A DNA stretch of 64,000 bases from Candidatus Parvarchaeota archaeon (GTDB lineage: Archaea; Nanobdellota; Nanobdellia; JAAOXT01), in NCBI GenBank assembly GCA_017609605.1, contig JAFCDO010000004.1:14184-78183 (forward strand), written 5' to 3'. The notes beneath the pieces are model-generated. The model did no database searches. It had not been told where the DNA came from and saw only the letters and a list, made by a program, of their open reading frames with translations. Shown one piece after another: positions 1 through 7,334 of this stretch. Every line of letters starts with the position of its first letter. The first letter of the stretch is position 1. The position numbers and the translations under genes were made by a program.

Positions 1-425
1 TATGCGCGTTCGCGACCAGTTCAATAATCCTTTACGTGGGCGCCATAACTCATTCATTTAACACTTCACTTCTTTTCATAGTTCCCATATTTTTTCTATC
101 CCTATCAAGAGAAATCGTTAAAGACATTGAAGACATGCCTGGCGACAGCATCGTAGGCAAATTCACTTTTCCACTGAAATCAGGGGAAAATAAAGCAGCT
201 CAACTGGCGGCAACAATGATATTCATTTGCCTCATATTCTCTTTCTTCTTCATCCTCTACGCTTTTCCTAAAGGCGTTCTTTTTCTAGCGCTGGTCATAA
301 GCTCGTACTTAGCGATAAAATCTTTTGAAGACTTTTTGAAAAACCCTTCAAAACACGCGATTCAAGTTCAAAAAACCCAAAAAGTCATAATGATTATTTT
401 ACTCTCAGGATTTGTGATACCATGA
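1..425 (+). CDS. UbiA-family prenyltransferase, C-terminal part (probably digeranylgeranylglyceryl-phosphate synthase); 5' end lies outside the window
   Basis: Frame is open from the window edge. Polytopic hydrophobic sequence with the Asp-rich motif KDIEDMPGD (DxxDxxxD). Stop overlaps the ATG of the next lipid gene (ATGA at 422-425). Confidence 0.6.
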   Translation, partial: CAFATSSIILYVGAITHSFNTSLLFIVPIFFLSLSREIVKDIEDMPGDSIVGKFTFPLKSGENKAAQLAATMIFICLIFSFFFILYAFPKGVLFLALVISSYLAIKSFEDFLKNPSKHAIQVQKTQKVIMIILLSGFVIP

Positions 426-1102
426 AACTCTGTATTCTATTAGATCCTAACAAAAAACAAGTGAATAACGTTATTGAAGCCTGCAAGCTTGTCGGCAATA
501 AACGCGAAATAGAATGGTGGGTCGGATGCTCCAAAAGCGATGCGAACTCTGTTAAAGAAGTTAGCCGAAAAATGCGTGAGAAAGGATTAAAACCTATCCA
601 CCTGTTTCCCGGAAGACTTCTTCACTTAAGAGCGCTGAAACACGTGGACAACCTTCTGGTCCCAAGACTCGTCATCTGCAAGAACAAGAAACTAAAGCTT
701 GTTAACACTCTTGGTTACTGGATGACTCGTTGGATAAAAAACAAAACTGTTTTCGGATACCTCGTGACGGGTTCTGATTCAAGTGTTGGGAAAAGGGTTG
801 GGGCGAAAGAACTGGGCGACCAAGAAATAATTGGGTTATCCAAAAAATTTTTGGATAACCACGAAGTTGACGGGTTCTACCTTGAAGCAGGAAGCGGCCA
901 CAAAAAACACGTCACGCCAAAAGTTGTTAAAGCAATCAAAAAAATCTTGAAGAACAAAACATTACTCGTTGGAGGAGGAATAAAGAATCCCAAAATGGCT
1001 AAAGAACTTTTCAAAGCAGGAGCTGACAAAGTCGTTGTCGGAACAGTATTTGAACTGAACGACATTAAAAAAATTGTTAAATCCATCCAATCTTTCTTAT
1101 AA
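422..1102 (+). CDS. Geranylgeranylglyceryl phosphate synthase (PcrB/GGGPS family)
   Basis: 226 aa with typical GGGPS blocks: LFPG, YLEAGSG, LLVGGGIKNP, GADKVVVGT. Translationally coupled to the upstream UbiA-type gene. Confidence 0.8.
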   Translation: MKLCILLDPNKKQVNNVIEACKLVGNKREIEWWVGCSKSDANSVKEVSRKMREKGLKPIHLFPGRLLHLRALKHVDNLLVPRLVICKNKKLKLVNTLGYWMTRWIKNKTVFGYLVTGSDSSVGKRVGAKELGDQEIIGLSKKFLDNHEVDGFYLEAGSGHKKHVTPKVVKAIKKILKNKTLLVGGGIKNPKMAKELFKAGADKVVVGTVFELNDIKKIVKSIQSFL

Positions 1103-1108
1103 AAAAAA

Positions 1109-2275
1109 ATGTTAAAGGACATGGGCTGCGCCCTGTTAGGAGTACTAGCAGGAATCGTCACAGGAGTGATTCCGGGCCTGCACGTAAACACCATCTCCTT
1201 CTTCATCTTATTAAGCAGTACAACCAATACTGGACTAATATTTTTCACGATTGGAATGCTTGTTTCTCACAACTTCTTCGACTTTTTGCCGTCAATATTC
1301 TTAAGCGCTCCTGAAGAAGGAACATCACTATCAGTCAGTGTTGGCAAAAAATGGCTATTAAAAGGAAAAGGTTGGGAAGCCATAAAAATAGCTAATCTGG
1401 GCGGACTTTGTTCGCTCCTGATAAGCGTTCTATTATCTCCCTTACTCTTACTATTCATCCCTTTCCTGTACAATAATTTCAGTTATCTGACAGGGATAAT
1501 CCTTGCAGGAGTAAGCCTGCACTTACTACTGAAAGAAAAAAATTTCTGGAAAGCTGTGACCGTATTCGTCATGGCAGGAACCCTCGGATTCATAACGTTA
1601 AGAACTCACTTGTTACCCCATCCACTAATGGCATTGCTAACAGGATTGTTCGGTATGAGCTCCCTGCTTGAAAGCTTAAAAGAAAAAACTGTGATACCCA
1701 AACAGATCAGGGTTTACGGAAACGAGCTAACCAAAAAAGAGTTAATGACTGGCTCCATGAAAGGCTCCTTATCCTCCATTCTTTTAGGTTTTATTCCCGC
1801 CATAGGCCCGTCGCAAGCCAGTCTTTTAGTAGACGACACCAGGAAAAGCGATGAAGAACTGTTGGTTGGCCTAGGAGGCGTGAACACCTCAGACATAATT
1901 CTATCTTTAATCGCTTTATTCACCATTGGAAAAGCCAGAAGCGGAGCACTAAAAGTCCTGCAAGACAAATTCGTTTTCGAGAACATTTTTTTCTTCTATT
2001 TAATGATTGCCTGCTTCGTATCCGCAATAGCTTCTTTCATCCTGATAAGAATTGTTGGCCCATGGTTCGTCAAATTTTTTGAAAAAATGAATTACCAAAA
2101 GCTTTGTTCAGCAATGCTCGTATTCCTATGCATTCTAATCCTCGCATTTAATGGTTGGGAAGGACTCATAGTGTCAATAACTGGTGCCTTAATCGGTTTT
2201 TACGCGAAAGGTGTGAGAAAAAGCCAGTTAATGTCCGCTTTAATGGTGCCAACCCTATTTTACTTTTTTTTCTGA
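1109..2275 (+). CDS. Polytopic membrane protein, TctA/DUF112-like
   Basis: 388 aa, many TM helices. N-terminal GVIPGLHVNT motif resembles archaeal DUF112 (TctA-like) proteins. Confidence 0.5.
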   Translation: MLKDMGCALLGVLAGIVTGVIPGLHVNTISFFILLSSTTNTGLIFFTIGMLVSHNFFDFLPSIFLSAPEEGTSLSVSVGKKWLLKGKGWEAIKIANLGGLCSLLISVLLSPLLLLFIPFLYNNFSYLTGIILAGVSLHLLLKEKNFWKAVTVFVMAGTLGFITLRTHLLPHPLMALLTGLFGMSSLLESLKEKTVIPKQIRVYGNELTKKELMTGSMKGSLSSILLGFIPAIGPSQASLLVDDTRKSDEELLVGLGGVNTSDIILSLIALFTIGKARSGALKVLQDKFVFENIFFFYLMIACFVSAIASFILIRIVGPWFVKFFEKMNYQKLCSAMLVFLCILILAFNGWEGLIVSITGALIGFYAKGVRKSQLMSALMVPTLFYFFF

Positions 2276-2466
2276 AGCTTCTTGTTAAGAGCCATCACTA
2301 ACTTCTTCGGATCAATTCCATGAGATTTAGCGCCCTGCTCAATGCTTTCAACATTTGCCATCCCGCACATGGCGCAAGCCATGCCATGCTCAAAAAAAAC
2401 CTCTGCGAGCTCTGGATGTTTTGATAGAACTTCACCAAATTTTTCCTTACCATTCAATTTAGCCAT
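2260..2466 (-). CDS. Small redox-disulfide protein (DUF1858 / hybrid-cluster-protein-associated type)
   Basis: 68 aa with the pattern VLSKHPELAEVFFEHGMACAMCGMA...IEQGAKSHGID...L typical of this family. Convergent 16-nt overlap with the preceding gene. Confidence 0.55.
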   Translation of the reverse strand: MAKLNGKEKFGEVLSKHPELAEVFFEHGMACAMCGMANVESIEQGAKSHGIDPKKLVMALNKKLQKKK

Positions 2467-2562
2467 GAATTAACAAAATTAAAAGAACGAATTAATAAAC
2501 TTTACTAAAAATTTAACTATAGTTAATCGAACTTGTATTCTTAAGTATATTAATCTTTATAT

Positions 2563-2610
2563 ACACTGATTATAGTACTATCGTTGGATTTAGAATACAA
2601 CATATTGTGG
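2563..2610. promoter_or_regulatory. Two tandem NrdR-box-like palindromes over the TATA/TSS region of the nrdR-nrdDG operon
   Basis: ACACTGATTATAGTAC (2563-2578) and ATACAACATATTGTGG (2595-2610) match the consensus acaCwAtATaTwGTgt at 11/16 and 13/16 positions. Centre-to-centre spacing is 32 bp. Box 1 abuts the TATA-like TTTATATA (2556-2563). Confidence 0.6.
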
Positions 2611-2663
2611 TTTTGACAACGTTCTTTTTTTTCGATACAACCACCCTGAGGAGATGATATTAT

Positions 2664-3116
2664 TTGAAGTGCCCTTTTTGCAACACGGACAACAATTTCG
2701 TAATCGATAAAAGAGAAAGCCCTGACGGAACGTCTAACAGGAGGCGCAGAGAATGCAATAAATGCAAGAAAAGGTTTACCACTTATGAAACAGTAGCTGA
2801 CATAAACGTTTTTGTTGTTAAAAAAGATGGGAGCAGGGAAGTTTTTGACAAAGAAAAAATGATCAAGGGATTAATGAAAGCCTGTGAGAAAAGACCTATC
2901 AGCTATGAACAAATAACTTCTCTCGCAAACAAGATTGCCGCAAAAATAAAGGATAAGGGCTCAAGAGAAATCAACAGCCGAGAAATAGGTGAACTCGTCA
3001 TGAAAGAATTGAAGAAATTAGATAAAATAGCTTACATCAGGTTCGCCTCAGTGTACAGAGAATTCACGGATTTGAGCTCATTTGAAAACGAGCTTAAAAA
3101 ATTGTTAAAAAAATAG
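2664..3116 (+). CDS. nrdR: Transcriptional repressor NrdR (Zn ribbon + ATP-cone)
   Basis: 150 aa. TTG start preceded by the GAGGAG Shine-Dalgarno. M-KCPFC...CNKC zinc ribbon followed by an ATP-cone (VVKKDGSREVFDKEK...YIRFASVY). Confidence 0.9.
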   Translation: MKCPFCNTDNNFVIDKRESPDGTSNRRRRECNKCKKRFTTYETVADINVFVVKKDGSREVFDKEKMIKGLMKACEKRPISYEQITSLANKIAAKIKDKGSREINSREIGELVMKELKKLDKIAYIRFASVYREFTDLSSFENELKKLLKK

Positions 3117-3128
3117 GTGTGATTAGAA

Positions 3129-6100
3129 ATGTCAATTGAAAGAATACAAAAAAGAGATGGAAGAATCGCAAACTTTGAGCCAAATAAAATAACCGACGTC
3201 ATTTTCAAGGCTGCCGTGGCTGTTGGAGGAAGCGACAGAAAACTTTCCGAAGATCTTTCAAAAAAAGTGATCAAACTGCTGGAAGAAACGTTCCCCAACG
3301 GGGAAATCCCTTGCGTCGAGGACGTGCAGGATGCTGTTGAAAAAATTCTCATTAAAAATGGTCACGCCAAAACAGCCAAAGCCTACATTCTTTACAGAGA
3401 TAGGCGGGCAAGAGTTAGGGACTCTCAGAATCTTTTAATCAACATCAAGGAATTGACGGACGGATACCTGTCGCAAGCAGACTGGAGAGTCAGGGAAAAC
3501 GGAAACATGACTTATTCTTTATCAGGTCTGATGATGCACGTAACCGGAGCAGTGCTGGCTAACTACACGTTATCAAACGTTTACCCTCCTGAAATCTCTG
3601 AAGCTCACAGAAAGGGAGATATTCACATGCACGACCTTGGCATGGGCATCAGTGGTTATTGTGCAGGGTGGAGCCTGAGGCAATTATTGATGGAAGGTTT
3701 TAACGGAGTTCCCGGAAAAATAGATTCCACCCCTCCCAAACACTTGGACTCCGCGTTATGGCAGATGATAAACTTCATCGGAACCCTTCAAAACGAGTGG
3801 GCAGGAGCCCAAGCCTTCAGCTCTTTCGACACTTTCCTAGCTCCGTTCATCAAAACAGACAAGCTGAACTATGACAAAGTAAAGCAAGCGGTTCAAGGAT
3901 TCATATTTAACATGAACGTTCCAAGCAGGTGGGGCGGGCAGTGCGTCAGCGAAGACACTGAATGTCTTACGAACAATGGATGGAAATTCTACAAAGAAAT
4001 AAGTTCGAAAGATAAGATTGCGACGTTCAACGTTAAAACCAAAAAAATAGAATACTTGAAGCAGGAAAGAGTCAAAGAATATGATTATGACGGTTACCTA
4101 ATAAAATTATCAAACAGGACTCAAGAACAATTAGTAACTCCTAATCACAAAGTTGTGAGAAAAGTTTTCAACTCAAACAAATACGTTCTCGAAGAAGCAG
4201 AGGACTTGCTAAAACTTAAAACAGGAGTCATGATTCCTAACTCTGCTTCAACAAACTCAAAAGAAGAAGTGAAAGACTATTTGATTGAACTCATTGCTTG
4301 GCTAGTAAGTGAAGGAACTTTCAGCGAAGACAGGAAAAGAGTATCATTATTCCAGAGCGAAAAAAACAAGAGTAAAGTGGAAAAGATAAGAAAATGTTTG
4401 CGCGAAAACGACTTTAAATGGGATGAAACAAAACGAATCCATGGGTTCGGAAATAATTACACTATAAGGTTCAGACTTAATCAGGAAAGCTCAAGAAAAG
4501 TGCGGAAAACGCTGAATTCAAAACAAGTGCCTGAATTTGTCAAAAAATTGTCAAAAAGACAGATAAAACTTTTCATAGACACGTATGTTCTGGGCGACGG
4601 GCACGTTGAAAAAAACGGGAGAACAAGGATTTACACCAAAGATGAGGGCGTGTTGAACTCTCTTCAGGAACTGTGCTCGCTCTGCGAATACGGGACAACA
4701 GTTTACCAAAGAGAAAACGGGGTTTATACGATAAACCTCATAAGAAACAATGATACGCTGGTAAAACTGTCTAAAGTAAAATATAAAGGAAAAGTGTGGT
4801 GCCCGACCACAAAAAACGGGACTTTTGTGGCGAGAAGAAAAGGGAACGTTTTCATAACCGGAAACACGCCCTTCAGTAATCTTACTTTTGATTGGATGGT
4901 TCCCGACGACCTGAAAAACGCGAAAGCCATTGTTGGAGGTAAAGAAATGGACTTCAATTACGGGGACTGCCAGAAAGAAATGGACATGATTAACAAAGCG
5001 TTTCTGGAAGTAATGATGAGTGGAGACGCGAGCGGGAGGATATTCACTTTCCCAATACCAACCTACAACATAACCAAGGATTTTGACTGGGACAGCGAAA
5101 ACGCAAAAATCCTTTTTGACATGACAGCAAAATACGGGATACCCTACTTTCAGAACTTCATAAACAGTGATCTAAAACCCTCTGACATTAGGAGCATGTG
5201 TTGCAGGCTTCAAATGGACATGAGAGAACTCAGGAAGAGAGGAAATGGCTTGTTCGGCGCTGCAGAAATGACTGGCTCCATAGGCGTTATCACGCTGAAC
5301 ATGGCAAGAATAGGTTACTTATCAAAAAACAAAGAAGATTTTTTGTTCAGAGTTGAAAAACAGATGACGATCGCGAAAAACTCGCTTGAAATAAAAAGAA
5401 AAGTTGTTGAGAAAAACATGGAGGGCGGGCTCATGCCTTTTTCAAAAAGATATCTGGGAACCCTGAAAAACCATTTTTCAACCATAGGCCTCAACGGGAT
5501 GAACGAAGCAATGCTTAACTTCATGGGAAAAGACTTGTCAGACCCCGAAGCAATAAAATTTACAAAAGACGTTCTGGAATTCATGAGAAACAAGATAAAA
5601 GAGATTCAGGAAGAAACAGGCCACATGTATAATTTGGAGGCCACTCCCGCAGAAGGTGTTAGTTACCGGTTCGCCAAAAAAGACGTGGGATTGTTCCCAG
5701 ACATAATCGTGGCAAACCCTGAAGAGTTCAAAAAAGGGGCTGAGCCGTACTACACGAACTCAACCACTCTACCCGTTGACTTAACTGACGACCTGTTCCA
5801 GGCACTGGAATTGCAGGACGATTTGCAAACCCTTTACACGGGCGGAACAGTGTTCCACGCTTTCTTGAAAGAAAACCTTAACAGCGGCGAAACCTGCAAA
5901 AAACTTGTTCAAAAAGTGGCCGAGTCTTTCAAAATGCCTTACTTCACCGTAACCCCAACTTTCAGCATATGCCCAGTGCACGGGTACCTGAAAGGAAGGG
6001 TTTGGACCTGTCCGCACGAACACACCGAAGCACAGATTGAAAAATGGGGGGCAAAAAGAGAGGAAGAAACAGTTATTCCTTGCGAGGTCTTCAGCAGAGT

Positions 6101-6206
6101 GGTCGGGTATTTCAGGCCAGTCCAGCAGTGGAATGACGGCAAACAGTCCGAGTTCATGAAAAGAAAAGAGTTCAGCAACGAAAAACTGTTAGAAAAAGCG
6201 AAATGA
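3129..6206 (+). CDS. nrdD: Anaerobic (class III) ribonucleoside-triphosphate reductase NrdD, interrupted by an intein
   Basis: N-terminal ATP-cone. Conserved NVPSRWGGQ/TPFSNLTFDW block split by the intein. C-terminal glycyl-radical motif SRVVGYFRPV with upstream Cys/His cluster. Confidence 0.9.
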   Translation: MSIERIQKRDGRIANFEPNKITDVIFKAAVAVGGSDRKLSEDLSKKVIKLLEETFPNGEIPCVEDVQDAVEKILIKNGHAKTAKAYILYRDRRARVRDSQNLLINIKELTDGYLSQADWRVRENGNMTYSLSGLMMHVTGAVLANYTLSNVYPPEISEAHRKGDIHMHDLGMGISGYCAGWSLRQLLMEGFNGVPGKIDSTPPKHLDSALWQMINFIGTLQNEWAGAQAFSSFDTFLAPFIKTDKLNYDKVKQAVQGFIFNMNVPSRWGGQCVSEDTECLTNNGWKFYKEISSKDKIATFNVKTKKIEYLKQERVKEYDYDGYLIKLSNRTQEQLVTPNHKVVRKVFNSNKYVLEEAEDLLKLKTGVMIPNSASTNSKEEVKDYLIELIAWLVSEGTFSEDRKRVSLFQSEKNKSKVEKIRKCLRENDFKWDETKRIHGFGNNYTIRFRLNQESSRKVRKTLNSKQVPEFVKKLSKRQIKLFIDTYVLGDGHVEKNGRTRIYTKDEGVLNSLQELCSLCEYGTTVYQRENGVYTINLIRNNDTLVKLSKVKYKGKVWCPTTKNGTFVARRKGNVFITGNTPFSNLTFDWMVPDDLKNAKAIVGGKEMDFNYGDCQKEMDMINKAFLEVMMSGDASGRIFTFPIPTYNITKDFDWDSENAKILFDMTAKYGIPYFQNFINSDLKPSDIRSMCCRLQMDMRELRKRGNGLFGAAEMTGSIGVITLNMARIGYLSKNKEDFLFRVEKQMTIAKNSLEIKRKVVEKNMEGGLMPFSKRYLGTLKNHFSTIGLNGMNEAMLNFMGKDLSDPEAIKFTKDVLEFMRNKIKEIQEETGHMYNLEATPAEGVSYRFAKKDVGLFPDIIVANPEEFKKGAEPYYTNSTTLPVDLTDDLFQALELQDDLQTLYTGGTVFHAFLKENLNSGETCKKLVQKVAESFKMPYFTVTPTFSICPVHGYLKGRVWTCPHEHTEAQIEKWGAKREEETVIPCEVFSRVVGYFRPVQQWNDGKQSEFMKRKEFSNEKLLEKAK
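3942..4865 (+). mobile_element. Intein (308 aa) with LAGLIDADG homing-endonuclease domain inside NrdD
   Basis: Begins at Cys (CVSEDTECLT). Block B is LVTPNH (TxxH). Two LAGLIDADG-type motifs (LIAWLVSEGT, FIDTYVLGDGHV). Ends ...NVFITGN followed by +1 Thr. Removing it restores the contiguous NrdD motif WGGQ-TPFSN. Confidence 0.8.
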
Positions 6207-6892
6207 ACATTGCAGGAATTATCAAAAACTCCTTCATAGATTTTCCCGGAGAGATAAGCGCCGTGGTCTTCACTCAGGGGTGCAACATGTCATGCCCTTA
6301 TTGTCATAACCCTGAATTAAATCCTACCAAGAAAGGAAGCGTTTCAGAAAAAGAAGTTCTTGAATTTCTTAGGAACAGGAAGAAATACTTGTCAGGAGTG
6401 GTGATAACCGGGGGGGAGCCGACGCTACAAAAAGGTTTGGACAATTTTTTGGCAAAAGTAAAGGCTTTAGGTTACTCTGTGAAACTGGATACGAATGGCT
6501 CGAACCCAGAAGTTCTGAAAAGGTTGTTTGGCAAAGGTTTATTGAATTACTTGGCCATGGACGTTAAAGCATCCCTCAAAAAATATGGTTTAACCACGCT
6601 CACTAAGGGTTTGGAAGAAAAAATTGTTGAATCAATAAGTATTATAAAAAACTCTGGGGTTGAGCACGAGTTCAGGATGACTGCTGTGCCGGGATTATTG
6701 ACAAAAAAAGATCTGGAAAGCATAGGAGAACTCGTCAAAGACTGCAAATTATTCGCTTTGCAACAATTCGTGCCAGATAAGGTTTTGAACAAAAAGTTTG
6801 CCAATGTGAAACCATTTTCAATAAAGGAATTGGAAGAATTTGCGAAAATAATGGAAAGTTATGCTCTGAAAGTTGCCATAAGGAATACGTAA
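6203..6892 (+). CDS. nrdG: Anaerobic RNR activating enzyme (radical SAM)
   Basis: CNMSCPYCHN (CxxxCxxC) cluster motif and GGEPTL motif. ATGA overlap with the nrdD stop. Confidence 0.9.
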   Translation: MNIAGIIKNSFIDFPGEISAVVFTQGCNMSCPYCHNPELNPTKKGSVSEKEVLEFLRNRKKYLSGVVITGGEPTLQKGLDNFLAKVKALGYSVKLDTNGSNPEVLKRLFGKGLLNYLAMDVKASLKKYGLTTLTKGLEEKIVESISIIKNSGVEHEFRMTAVPGLLTKKDLESIGELVKDCKLFALQQFVPDKVLNKKFANVKPFSIKELEEFAKIMESYALKVAIRNT

Positions 6893-6962
6893 AACTTAAT
6901 AAATTTCAGCGCGGTTAATTTTATTATGGGGCAGGGAATAATAAAAAAAAATAAGTTTTTTT

Positions 6963-7334
6963 GTGAAGGACAGAAAACAAGCTGAAAAAATTTGGTCTTA
7001 CTTTAAAAAACACAAGACTCGTTTTGAATTACTGGCTCGCACCGCTGGTTTCAAGCTGGACAAGTTCAACTTACCCATGTCAAAAACAATCGACTCTATT
7101 GGTATTACTTTCGGGATTATCGTAACAAAAGAAAAGGATAAGGTTAGACGAGGATTAAATGTTTGTTTCGTGAATAGGGATTTTGGAAGAATGCACGATC
7201 TCGCTGATTCGTACGCTGCAGGAAGTGTTGAAACAATTAATCTAATTAGATTGGACGAAAACGTTTTAGATCAGGTGAGAGAAAAACTTGAATACTGGTT
7301 TGGCGAGACGTTAAGAATACAGCTGCTCACTTGA
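6963..7334 (+). CDS. Hypothetical protein (start uncertain; see the A9 homopolymer finding)
   Basis: 123-codon ORF opening with GTG. A well-placed ATG (6926) with an upstream TATA lies in another frame, separated by an A9 run. Confidence 0.35.
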   Translation: MKDRKQAEKIWSYFKKHKTRFELLARTAGFKLDKFNLPMSKTIDSIGITFGIIVTKEKDKVRRGLNVCFVNRDFGRMHDLADSYAAGSVETINLIRLDENVLDQVREKLEYWFGETLRIQLLT

